NCBI GenBank assembly: GCA_017511205.1
Contig: JAFWLE010000007.1
Coordinates: 367 to 64,366, forward strand
Origin: Candidatus Saccharimonadota bacterium
Lineage (GTDB): Bacteria > Patescibacteriota > Saccharimonadia > Saccharimonadales > Saccharimonadaceae
Length of the DNA: 64,000 nt
Direction of reading: 5' to 3'
Shown in pieces: positions 1-8,923 of the stretch (position 1 is its first letter; the number at the start of each line of letters is the position of its first letter). Both the position numbers and the translations under genes were made by a program. The notes below the pieces were generated by a model. The model saw nothing but the letters and a program-made list of their open reading frames with translations, did not search any database and had not been told where the DNA came from.

Positions 1-3000
1 AAAGGTATAAGTTACGGTCTGGTTGCTAGAAAGCGTTGAAGTAGATGAGACTGTAGCATTAGCTCCAGAATTGGTTAAAGTGAAGCCTGATACTGTTCTA
101 GTATTAGTGGTGTTTGGTTTAGTTGGAGTAGTGATTGAGCCTAGAGTAGTATTTCCATAAGTTACGGTTGTAGAAGTAGAACCAGTATTACCACCGTTTC
201 TATCTAGTGTGATTGTATAGGTATTAGGTGAACAGAAACCAGTAAGAGTAAGGTCTGATCCAGGTGTCATAGAAGCTCCTGAATTATAACTTGTACCAGT
301 ATCCGATGAGTTAGTATTCCAATGGCAAGTATGTCCTGATAGTGTAATAGTAGGAAGGGTAATTGACGAGTAGGCTCCGCTACTCGCGGTATAACCTGCA
401 TAAAGTGTGACAGTACCACTAGTATCAGTCCATTGTTTACTTGAGTTAGTATAAGCTGTACTAGCCTGCAGAGCAGGTGCAGAAGCTATAGTATCAGCAA
501 TCAGTGTACTAGTCTGAGTAGAAGTCTGATGCCAACCATTAAAGGTATATGTAGTAGTATTGGTAGACTTACAATTAGTAGCTGAAGTACAACCACTACT
601 TGGATAAGTAATGGTAGCATCATTAGCAGAAGTTGCCTTATTAAAACCAGAAATGGTTCTAGTACCAGTGGTATTAGCTTTAGTTGGATTAGTAATAGCG
701 GCTAGCGTAGTAGAATCATAAGTAGCCGTGGTAGAAGATGATCCACCAGTTCCAGTATTATTATTGAGATTCACTGTATAGGTATTAGCTTTACATATAC
801 CATAAAGTGTAATGTTGCCAGTAGGCGTAATTGTCGCACCTGAATTATACGTGTAATTAGTCGCGCTACTATTAGTATCCCATCCACAAGTATATCCTGT
901 CTTAGTAATAGTAGGAAGTGTTACTGTAGCAAAGGCTCCGGCACTCGCAGTGTATCCCGCATAAAGTGTCACTGCTTCAGCTGCCGTATAAGTCCATTGT
1001 GAACCGGCACTAGTATAAGTAGTTCCTGGCATTAAGGCTGGCGTAGTAGCATTATTTGCTATCTTATTCGTATTAGCTGCTTCTTTATACCAACCATTAA
1101 AAGTATATGTCGTAGTATTAGTAGATTTACAATTAGATGTAGATGTACAATTACCTGATGTCTGGAATGTTACAGTAGCTCCAGATGCATTCGTACCATT
1201 AGCGGCTAGGCCACTAATAGTTCTAGTACCAGTTGTATTAGCTTTAGTTGGATTAGTGATTGTAGAAAGTGCTGTAGCGCCATAGTTAACTGTTGTAGAA
1301 GCGGAGCCTCCTGTCCCACCATTATTATTAAGTGTAATATTATTAACGCAGACACCATAAAGCGTCAGGTTCCCTGTTGGCGTAATGACCTTACCAGAAG
1401 TATAGTTAGAATCAATGGTGGTAGCCGAAGAGTTAGTACTCCAACCACAAGTAGCACCAGTCCTAGAAATAGTTGGAAGTGTAATGGTGGAGTATGAGCC
1501 TACACTGGCATCCCAACCAGCATATAGTGTAGCTCCACTGGTTCTCGTCCATTTGCTATTAGAATCAGTGTAGCCACTTACACTAGCCTGAAGTGCTGGA
1601 GTAGTAGAGTTAGATGCCACAAGTGTACCGGTACCGGATGTATCATGCCAACCATTAAAGGTATAAGTTACGGTCTGGGTGCTAGAAAGCGTTGAAGTAG
1701 ATGAGACTGTAGCATTAGCTCCAGAAGAAGTGAGTGTGAAACCTGATACTGTTCTGGTATTGGTGGTGTTAGCTTTAGCTGGATTAGTGATAGTAGAAAG
1801 GGTCGTAGAATCATAAGTAGCCGTGGCAGAAGAAGATCCACCAGTCCCACCATTGTTGTTTAGTGTGACTGTATAGGTATTAGGTGAGCAGACACCTTGT
1901 AATTCTATGCTGGTACTTGGGGTAATAGTAGCTCCTGAATCATAGTACGTGCTGGTACTATTCTTATCTTGCCATCTACAAGTATAGCCTGTAAGAGTAA
2001 TAGTAGGAAGCGTTACCGTATTATATCCTGTAGAGCTAGAGTTCCAGCCAGCATAAAGTGTCGCAGCAGTTGTTCTCGTCCATTCACTATTGGCATTGGT
2101 ATAACCTGATACACTTGGCTTCAGAGCTGGGATTGCCGCGGTAGTAGCTACTAGTGTACCAGTACCCGATGTATCATGCCAACCATTAAATGAATATGTG
2201 GTAGTGTTAATAGATTTACAGTTAGAAGCACTTGTACAGTTAGAAGTAGAAGTCCCATAAGTAACTGTAGCATTTGTAGCAGAAGAAGTCTTAGAAAAGC
2301 CAGAGACTGTTCTAGTATCCACTGTATTACTACAAGCTGGAGTAGTAATAGCACCAAGTGCAGTAGCACCATAAGTAGCAGTTGTAGAAGTAGAGCCAGC
2401 TGTAGCGGATGTCGGGCAGTTTCTGTTTAGGGTGACTGTATATGAGTTGGCTTTACTATTAGCTTTAAGAGTTGCAATACCTGCTCCTACGGTGAAGTTA
2501 GTACCAGATACTGTGCCAGCACCAGAAGTCTTTTCAAGTGGTGTATCACCAGCAATATAACCAGAATTATAATTAATGGTAATTGCATAGGTTTGTCCGT
2601 AGGTTAAATTCTTAGTACCGTTTTTCGCTACAGTACTGCCATCTACTGTAAAGTTATTTACATTAGAATCACCTGTAAAGGTAATAGTATAGGTATTAAT
2701 CTTACAAATACCATAGTATGTACCAGCCGTAGAAGCATCTAGTACCACATTAGCTTGCCCAGAACTATAGGTAAAGTCAGATGCCGTCTTAGTCTTACTC
2801 CAACCACAAGTATATCCAGTCTTCGTAATGGTTGGGAAGGTGACGGAAGAACCACTGCCCCATTGTGCATAAAGTGTAGCCGTATTAGCTCTTTGCCAGA
2901 TTCCACCAGCTCCAGTATAGTCAGAGACATTCGCAACTAATGCTCCATTAGTAGAATTATCTATTACTTTGCTACCACCACTTGTTGCAGTATACCAACC

Positions 3001-5814
3001 GTTAAAGGCATGTGTAGTAGTAATAGCAGTAGGTGCAGTTCCTCCATTTACGGTCGCACCTGATGCATCGGTGCCGTCTGCCGTGAAGCCTGAAGCACTA
3101 TATTGTCTTATTGGTTTAGTAATGTTGGCAGAAAGTATGGCTGAATCATAAGTAGCATTTACGGAAGTAGAGCCAGCTGTGGTAGCGTTGGTGTTAGTAA
3201 GGGTGATGGTATATGTATTTGCTTTGCATATACCATATAGTACTAAGTTAGAAGTAGGAGTAATAGTTTGTCCAGAATCATAAGTGTAATTAGTCGCACT
3301 GCTATTAGTATCCCATCCACAAGTATATCCTGTCTTAGTAATAGTAGGAAGAGTTACTGAATGATCTGTCCATTGTGAGTATAAAGTTACGGCACTGGCT
3401 GTAGTATAAGTCCAAGCGGAAGAAGCATTAGTATAGGTTGTGCTTGGCTGTAAGGCTGGTGTAGTAGCACTAGATGCTACTTTAGTGCCGCCAGAAGTTG
3501 CTGTATACCAACCATTAAAGTCTGCCGTATTAGTAAGAGTACTAGTTGAAGAAATGGTTGCATTAGCTGCATTAGTCCCAGCGCTGAATCCTGATACTGT
3601 AAACTTCCTTTGTGGAAGAGTAATAGCAGATAGTGAGGTAGCTCCGTAGTTTACAGTAGCACTTGTAGAACCAGCAGTTGTAGCACCTGAGTTACTAAGT
3701 GTAATGTTATTAATACAGACACCATAAAGCGTTAAGTTCCCTGTTGGTGTAATGACCTTACCGGAAGTATAGTTAGAATCAATGGTGGTAGCCGAAGAGT
3801 TAGTACTCCAACCACAAGTAGCACCAGTCCTAGTAATAGTTGGAAGTGTAATGGTGGAGTATGATCCTGCACTGGCATCCCAACCAGCATATAATGTAGC
3901 TCCACTGGTTCTCGTCCATTTACTATTAGAATCTGTATAGCCAGATACACTTGGCTTTAGTGCTGGCGTAGTAGAGTTAGATGCCACGAGTGTACCGGTT
4001 CCCGATGTATCATGCCAGCCATTAAAGGTATATGTTACTGTCTGGTTGCTAGAAAGAGTTGAAGTAGATGAGACTGTGGCATTAGCACCAGAATCGGTTA
4101 GTGTAAAGCCAGATACTGTTCTAGTGTTTGTAGTATTAGCCTTAGTTGGATTAGTAATGGTAGAAAGGGTCGTAGAATCATATGTAGCTGTAGCTGAAGA
4201 AGATCCACCAGTCCCACCATTGTTGTTTAATGCCACTGTGTAAGTATTAGGTGAACAGACACCATAAAGTGTAGTGTTTCCAACTGGTGTGATATTACTA
4301 CCAGATGGATAAAATGGATTAGAGGCAGTCGTAGCACCAGTACTAATGGTAGTCCAACCACAAGTGTATCCAGTCTTAGTGATAGTAGGAAGCTTAATGG
4401 TTTGTGAGCTCCATCCAGCATAGATAGTTACGTTTCCGGAAGTATCAGTCCATTGTGAAGTAGCGTTAGTGTAGGTAGTGCTAGGTTGAAGTGCTGGAAT
4501 AGTACTATTGGTTGCGATGAGCTTGGAACTGTCATTATTATTAGCAGCCGTCTGAGTCTCATACCAACCAGTTAATGTATAAGTAGATTTACAGTTAGTA
4601 GCTGAAGTACAAGGGCCACTAGGTGTAGCATCATAGGTTACCGTAGCGCTATCGGCTTTATTACCGGAAGGAAGTGTAAAGCCTGAAACTGTATAGACCC
4701 TCTGGGGTTTAGTAATGAGAGACATATTAGTGTCTTTATATGTGACTGATGTATTATTAGAACCAGGTGTAGTAGCATTTGTCGCACTTAAAGCTACAGT
4801 ATAGGAATTAGCCTCCCATATAGCATGGAGGGTAATATTAGTATTATCAATGGTTTGGTCTATACCATAGTTAGAGTTAGCTGCGTATGTAGTACCACCA
4901 CAAGTTTGGTTACCAGTAATTGGATCATTAGTAGTGGCCACGTCACACCAGCCTCTAAAGGTATATCCAACCCTTGTAGGTGTTGCGCTGGATAATACTG
5001 TATAGCTCTGAGCTGCGGAAGTATCTCCTGCTATTTCAGCACTTTGTGGATTAGGTGAAGGCATATTATTAACTGTGTCTTCTGTGTTTTCATCGTAAGT
5101 AATGCTATAAACTATATTATTGGATACGGCTCTAATGATATACGTATTGCTATAAGATCCAGCTGGAAGAGTAGAAGTTACTCTAGCACCAATAGACAAA
5201 GTATAAGTATTATTGGAACTATTAGCTACATGTGTAATATCCAGAAGATCACCAGTTGTAGTTGGTGATGGCAAGAAGTTAGTATTATTAGTAATAGTTT
5301 GTGGTGTAGAGCCACTACTATCTATATACTGACTAGGCTTATAGCCCCACTTATCGTTATAGGCCGTACCAGAAGAATCGGAAAAAGTAGCTTCCGAAAC
5401 AGCCGAATTAAGAGTATAAATCTCATGGTTAGATGAATCAGTTAGACTAGTGGTATTATTACTAGCTGCAATAGAAAGAGTATAGCCTGTGAAGTTATCC
5501 GTCCTTACTGTAATAGCAGCATCTGATGATTTACCAAATACTCCTGTGGCACCTGGCAGAATATCTACCGAAAGTGTATCGGTACTGACACCAAGAGTGA
5601 GAGTAGCTTTTTTGGCTTCGGCAAAAACATTAGAAGCATTCAAATCACTAAAACTAACCAAAGCTACAACTAAGAAAACACCCAGGAAAGAAGCTAAAAA
5701 ATTGAACCAAGAATAAGATTTAACAGTGGAGGACACAAAATGCCAAGCACCTCCACAGCGCCTAGCTACAAATCTCAAAGATCTGGGCTTATTAGCCTCA
5801 CTCCACTTACTCAT
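1..5814 (-). CDS. Giant secreted or cell-surface repeat protein of at least 1938 aa, built from tandem Listeria-Bacteroides-repeat (Flg_new / InlB B-repeat-like) modules. The 3' end runs off the window.
   Basis: I scanned plus-strand triplets in register 1-3, 4-6 and so on across 1-1680 and 4441-5814 and found no tta, cta or tca. The middle was translated by eye without stops. The ATG at 5814-5812 follows an in-frame TAA (5817-5815), and GGAGGT lies 14 nt upstream. The N-terminus MSKWSEANKPRSLRF... has a hydrophobic anchor WFNFLASFLGVFLVVALVSF and a cleavage-like VFA/EA site. The body repeats YTVTLN..GG..ATYDST..P.K...VSGFT...YTFNGW(H/Y)...LYAGW alternating with LPTITKTGYTCGW...LYGVC. The ORF is missing from the supplied track because it has no stop inside the window. 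Confidence 0.85.
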   Translation of the reverse strand, partial: MSKWSEANKPRSLRFVARRCGGAWHFVSSTVKSYSWFNFLASFLGVFLVVALVSFSDLNASNVFAEAKKATLTLGVSTDTLSVDILPGATGVFGKSSDAAITVRTDNFTGYTLSIAASNNTTSLTDSSNHEIYTLNSAVSEATFSDSSGTAYNDKWGYKPSQYIDSSGSTPQTITNNTNFLPSPTTTGDLLDITHVANSSNNTYTLSIGARVTSTLPAGSYSNTYIIRAVSNNIVYSITYDENTEDTVNNMPSPNPQSAEIAGDTSAAQSYTVLSSATPTRVGYTFRGWCDVATTNDPITGNQTCGGTTYAANSNYGIDQTIDNTNITLHAIWEANSYTVALSATNATTPGSNNTSVTYKDTNMSLITKPQRVYTVSGFTLPSGNKADSATVTYDATPSGPCTSATNCKSTYTLTGWYETQTAANNNDSSKLIATNSTIPALQPSTTYTNATSQWTDTSGNVTIYAGWSSQTIKLPTITKTGYTCGWTTISTGATTASNPFYPSGSNITPVGNTTLYGVCSPNTYTVALNNNGGTGGSSSATATYDSTTLSTITNPTKANTTNTRTVSGFTLTDSGANATVSSTSTLSSNQTVTYTFNGWHDTSGTGTLVASNSTTPALKPSVSGYTDSNSKWTRTSGATLYAGWDASAGSYSTITLPTITRTGATCGWSTNSSATTIDSNYTSGKVITPTGNLTLYGVCINNITLSNSGATTAGSTSATVNYGATSLSAITLPQRKFTVSGFSAGTNAANATISSTSTLTNTADFNGWYTATSGGTKVASSATTPALQPSTTYTNASSAWTYTTASAVTLYSQWTDHSVTLPTITKTGYTCGWDTNSSATNYTYDSGQTITPTSNLVLYGICKANTYTITLTNTNATTAGSTSVNATYDSAILSANITKPIRQYSASGFTADGTDASGATVNGGTAPTAITTTHAFNGWYTATSGGSKVIDNSTNGALVANVSDYTGAGGIWQRANTATLYAQWGSGSSVTFPTITKTGYTCGWSKTKTASDFTYSSGQANVVLDASTAGTYYGICKINTYTITFTGDSNVNNFTVDGSTVAKNGTKNLTYGQTYAITINYNSGYIAGDTPLEKTSGAGTVSGTNFTVGAGIATLKANSKANSYTVTLNRNCPTSATAGSTSTTATYGATALGAITTPACSNTVDTRTVSGFSKTSSATNATVTYGTSTSNCTSASNCKSINTTTYSFNGWHDTSGTGTLVATTAAIPALKPSVSGYTNANSEWTRTTAATLYAGWNSSSTGYNTVTLPTITLTGYTCRWQDKNSTSTYYDSGATITPSTSIELQGVCSPNTYTVTLNNNGGTGGSSSATATYDSTTLSTITNPAKANTTNTRTVSGFTLTSSGANATVSSTSTLSSTQTVTYTFNGWHDTSGTGTLVASNSTTPALQASVSGYTDSNSKWTRTSGATLYAGWDASVGSYSTITLPTISRTGATCGWSTNSSATTIDSNYTSGKVITPTGNLTLYGVCVNNITLNNNGGTGGSASTTVNYGATALSTITNPTKANTTGTRTISGLAANGTNASGATVTFQTSGNCTSTSNCKSTNTTTYTFNGWYKEAANTNKIANNATTPALMPGTTYTSAGSQWTYTAAEAVTLYAGYTASAGAFATVTLPTITKTGYTCGWDTNSSATNYTYNSGATITPTGNITLYGICKANTYTVNLNNNTGTGGSSSTTATYDSTTLAAITNPTKANTTGTRTISGFNKATSANDATITYPSSGCTSATNCKSTNTTTYTFNGWHQTSTQTSTLIADTIASAPALQASTAYTNSSKQWTDTSGTVTLYAGYTASSGAYSSITLPTITLSGHTCHWNTNSSDTGTSYNSGASMTPGSDLTLTGFCSPNTYTITLDRNGGNTGSTSTTVTYGNTTLGSITTPTKPNTTNTRTVSGFTLTNSGANATVSSTSTLSSNQTVTYTF
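1330..1896 (-). repeat. Copy A of a 567-bp in-frame segmental duplication inside the giant surface-protein gene
   Basis: It is colinear with 3697-4263 at a constant offset of 2367 nt at the start, middle and end. Positions 1397-1466 match 3764-3833 perfectly (70 nt). Overall identity is roughly 90 percent by eye. Confidence 0.8.
3697..4263 (-). repeat. Copy B of the 567-bp in-frame segmental duplication
   Basis: See copy A. The length is 189 codons and I saw no indels. Confidence 0.8.
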
Positions 5815-6052
5815 TTACTCTATGTGTTACCTCCACTTTTAATAACACTATATTTATTTTATTATTGAATAAATAAAAAAGCAAGAGCAGAATCGTTAAA
5901 AAACTTACGTTAATTCAAATAGTTTTCCACAGGTTGACTTAAATCCCAAACATGTTTAGAATTTTTTGAGTCAACGCCAAGCGTTATTATTTTACAAAAC
6001 AAAAGAACTGTCCTGCCTTCAACAAAAAATAGCAAATCTAAAACCTAAAAAA

Positions 6053-6337
6053 CTATTGCTTACTAGTATGACGCTTATGCTCTATTCCTTTGAAAAAAGA
6101 AATAATAGCTGAAACTGCAAAGATTATAGCAAGACAAAGTAGAAAAAATGATACAGCGTCAATCAAAAAATGTTCTATCCCAAGACTAAAACAGTTTCCA
6201 ATTCCTTCTCCCCAACCATGATTTTCGCACCATTTATATTTATTTGGATCGTTAATTACCAACCTTAAAAATAAAAAAGCTAAGAGTGAAATAGTACTGA
6301 CGACAACACATTTCCATAAACTAAAACGCTTCATCAT
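6053..6337 (-). CDS. Small hypothetical membrane protein (94 aa, about 2-3 hydrophobic helices)
   Basis: The ORF has hydrophobic stretches (VVVSTISLLAFLFLRLV and AVSFFLLCLAIIFAVSAIISFF). It is tightly packed behind the TPR gene, whose stop is at 6339. I recognised no family. Confidence 0.5.
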   Translation of the reverse strand: MMKRFSLWKCVVVSTISLLAFLFLRLVINDPNKYKWCENHGWGEGIGNCFSLGIEHFLIDAVSFFLLCLAIIFAVSAIISFFKGIEHKRHTSKQ

Positions 6338-6338
6338 T

Positions 6339-7193
6339 TTATATCCGCTTCTTCCCCATGCGTGATTTCATAATTCCAGTTCGCATCGAAAGACCAGTTC
6401 GAGAAGTCGAACTTGCTTTAATCGAAGGACTAGATTTCGAATTATCAGTAGCTTTAGTCACAGGCTTTGGTTTAATTGCAGCCCTACGAGTAGGCATCAA
6501 ACGACGCCGTGCCGATCTCTCACGAACTGATTTACCACCAGACTTCGCTGCCCGTTTTTTTGCTGCTTCATTGTCACGAATAATCTGCTCTTCAATCCGC
6601 GCCGTAGTAGCCGTCGCCGCCTCGGTATCGCCAGAATTTTCGTAAATCGCTAAGATTTGCCGTAAGGTCGCTACTTTAGGATCCAGTTCATAGGCATTTT
6701 CAAGTGCATCAATCGCTTTTTTGATATTTCCCATTTTTTCTTCTGCCTTCGCAAGCGCAATATACCGCGCTGGCACGTCACCCTCCAAACTAATCGCCTG
6801 TCGAAAAGCCATCGCCGCCTTTTCATAAGCCCCCGTCTCCAGATAAATCAGCCCCGCATTATGAATTGAAGCCGGATTATTATCGAGCGACTGCGCAATT
6901 TCAAAACATTCCACCGCCTGATCATAGCGCTGGCTCTTAGCATACAAAATCCCCAGCCGGTTGTAAGCTGCCGCATTTTTTTCATCAAATTTCAAAATCG
7001 TAAGAAGTGCTTTTTCTGCCCGGAAAGGCTTCCGCTCGCGCATCGATGTCTGTGCAATCTGCCAAAGTTTCTTCATTTGAGCAGTATATTTAGCCGATTT
7101 TTCTTCAACGGGCTTGACTTTTTCTTCCATCGGGAAGAAAAAACATAGATATACCACGAAGACCAAAATAACTAGCACAGCTATCATGCTCAT
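6339..7193 (-). CDS. Membrane-anchored TPR-repeat protein with a basic C-terminal tail
   Basis: It has an N-terminal TM segment (IAVLVILVFVVYLCFFF). Tandem TPR-like 34-aa units follow (AAAYNRLGILYAKSQRYDQAVECFEIAQSLDNNP, ASIHNAGLIYLETGAYEKAAMAFRQAISL, and so on). Confidence 0.75.
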   Translation of the reverse strand: MSMIAVLVILVFVVYLCFFFPMEEKVKPVEEKSAKYTAQMKKLWQIAQTSMRERKPFRAEKALLTILKFDEKNAAAYNRLGILYAKSQRYDQAVECFEIAQSLDNNPASIHNAGLIYLETGAYEKAAMAFRQAISLEGDVPARYIALAKAEEKMGNIKKAIDALENAYELDPKVATLRQILAIYENSGDTEAATATTARIEEQIIRDNEAAKKRAAKSGGKSVRERSARRRLMPTRRAAIKPKPVTKATDNSKSSPSIKASSTSRTGLSMRTGIMKSRMGKKRI

Positions 7194-7196
7194 ATT

Positions 7197-7850
7197 TTAA
7201 CATAAGTTGGCAATAATTTGAAGTTTCAGATGGCCGTTTTGCAAAATCCTCTCGTAAACTGTCAAAAACTTCGTAAGTTTAGCTAAAAAAATCGGCTTTT
7301 TGGTCGAAAAATATGCCTTATATAACATCTGAATAGCCGCGTCAAGCACTATCAGAACATCTTCGCGTTTTTTTCTTGCCGTAATTTCATCAGCAAGTCC
7401 AGGTAAATCAGAATTTTTCGCCACAAGCAATCTTTTTGCCAAATTTTTCGTCTTTTCATCCACTGAAATTTTATCAAAATCCAATTTTTCGCGGTAAAAA
7501 TAAATTTCCGACCGACTAAGGATCGTCGGTAAAATCGCCGAAATTTCACTCGTTAACAAAATAAAATGAGTTTTTTCTTGCGGCTCTTCTAAGGTCTTCA
7601 GAAGCGCATTTGCCGCTTCTTCATTCATTGACTCCACGCGGTCAATCACAATTATCTGATCATTAGTTTGCTTCAAACCAAGTTTAGCAAGAAGTTCCCG
7701 CACCTGCTGGATCGTGATAGTCTTTTTTTCCTCCGGCTGCAAAACATACGCATTTTTTAGCTCTAATTTAAAATCTTTCGGCACTACAAAAATTGCCGTG
7801 CCGCATTTCAAAGCAATCTCAGGAATTAAAGAAAGCTCATCGAAAAACAT
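7197..7850 (-). CDS. holB: DNA polymerase III delta-prime subunit
   Basis: The motifs LLKTLEEPQEKTHFILLT and ILPTILSRSEIYFY are typical of HolB. I chose the internal Met (MFFDELS) at 7850 because the longer ORF, starting at 7898, overlaps the upstream gene by 62 nt. Confidence 0.8.
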   Translation of the reverse strand: MFFDELSLIPEIALKCGTAIFVVPKDFKLELKNAYVLQPEEKKTITIQQVRELLAKLGLKQTNDQIIVIDRVESMNEEAANALLKTLEEPQEKTHFILLTSEISAILPTILSRSEIYFYREKLDFDKISVDEKTKNLAKRLLVAKNSDLPGLADEITARKKREDVLIVLDAAIQMLYKAYFSTKKPIFLAKLTKFLTVYERILQNGHLKLQIIANLC

Positions 7851-8718
7851 TTTCAAAATCCTTTGGCAAGGGCGCCACAAAAGTTTTCCTAACTCCACCC
7901 GGCAAAGTAATCTCTAGCTCCTTCGCATGCAAAAACAGCCGTTCCGCCTTACCATCACCATAGACCGTATCACCCAGAATCGGATGACCCAAATATTTCA
8001 AATGTACCCTCAGTTGATGCGTCCGCCCCGTCGTCGGCCTCAGCTCAACCATCGAATATTGCTCATTTTCTTTCAAAACTTTATAAAAAGTCTCAGCTTC
8101 CTTACCGTTCGGATCAATTTTAAAGGTTGTCGGCCGCTTTAAATCGCGTGCCATCGGCAAATCAATACGCGCTTCCTTAAGTCTCAAAGAACCTACTACC
8201 ACGGCAATATATGTCTTATGCGCCTTGCGTTCCTGAAACTGTTTTTTCAAAAACCTCTGCGTTTCTTCGTCTTTCGCAAGAATCATCACGCCAGAAGTAT
8301 CGCGATCCAGTCGGTGAACTAAAAGCCCATAATGTTCCAAAGTATTCTCCGGACAATATTCGCCCTTCGCCATACTCAAAAGCCCAGCCGGCTTATTCAC
8401 CACTAGCACCTTTTTATCCTCGTAAATCGTTTCCGGCACCAGGTCAGCATTTTTCATCACCTGCGGAATCCGAAGACCAATTTTCACATCACGCTCGAAT
8501 TTCGTATTTGGCTTTTTCACTAATTCGCCATTCACCGTTACAAACCCATATTCGATAAACTTCTGGATAGTCGAACGGTTGTAGCTCTTAAAAATTTCGC
8601 TCATCAGAAGATCCAAACGGATTTTTTCGACCGCCTGTGTTTCTTCCGGTAAAGCTTTGTCACCATTAATCACGCGCGACATTTCCGGCTTGCTAAATTT
8701 CTTTCCTGTCCGAATCAT
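7837..8718 (-). CDS. rluD: RluA/RluD-family 23S rRNA pseudouridine synthase with an N-terminal S4 domain
   Basis: It carries the catalytic motif HRLDRDTSGVMILAK. Further motifs are GRTHQLRVHL and an S4-like N-terminus (RLDLLMSEI...VTVNGELVK). Confidence 0.85.
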   Translation of the reverse strand: MIRTGKKFSKPEMSRVINGDKALPEETQAVEKIRLDLLMSEIFKSYNRSTIQKFIEYGFVTVNGELVKKPNTKFERDVKIGLRIPQVMKNADLVPETIYEDKKVLVVNKPAGLLSMAKGEYCPENTLEHYGLLVHRLDRDTSGVMILAKDEETQRFLKKQFQERKAHKTYIAVVVGSLRLKEARIDLPMARDLKRPTTFKIDPNGKEAETFYKVLKENEQYSMVELRPTTGRTHQLRVHLKYLGHPILGDTVYGDGKAERLFLHAKELEITLPGGVRKTFVAPLPKDFENVFR

Positions 8719-8787
8719 ATTTTACCTAAGTCAAATAACATCTTAATACTTTCATTTTATCACATTTCGTGTTAAAATTAAAAAGTC

Positions 8788-8864
8788 GGGGCGTTAGCTC
8801 AGTTGATTAGAGCGCTACTATGGCATAGTAGAGGTCGCGAGTTTGACTCTCGCACGCTCCACCA
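8788..8864 (+). tRNA. tRNA-Ala (anticodon GGC) with encoded CCA
   Basis: I folded the cloverleaf by hand: acceptor GGGGCGT/ACGCTCC with the G3:U70 Ala identity pair, anticodon stem CTACT/AGTAG, loop ATGGCAT, T arm GCGAG-TTTGACT-CTCGC, and a CCA end. Confidence 0.93.
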
Positions 8865-8897
8865 CGGAGAAAGATTTAGGGGAAATTGAAACTAGCG

Positions 8898-8923
8898 AAA
8901 AATAAGCCGTAGGCTTATTTTTT
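8898..8923 (+). terminator. Intrinsic terminator downstream of tRNA-Ala(GGC)
   Basis: The hairpin is AAAAATAAGCC-gta-GGCTTATTTTT, with an integrated T run. Confidence 0.7.

Noticed and set aside
1668-5716. Sixteen short ORFs listed in the track across the first 5.8 kb (for example 5489-5716 plus, 3440-3649 plus, 4227-4421 minus)
   Set aside because: All are shadow or out-of-frame ORFs within the 5814-nt minus-strand gene. Their products are low-complexity L/V/S-rich strings with no start-site signals.
1-5800. Strong tandem periodicity that could suggest a CRISPR array or satellite DNA
   Set aside because: The period is about 510-560 nt. The units are diverged protein-domain repeats inside one open reading frame. 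There is no alternation of short direct repeats and unique spacers, and no cas genes are present.
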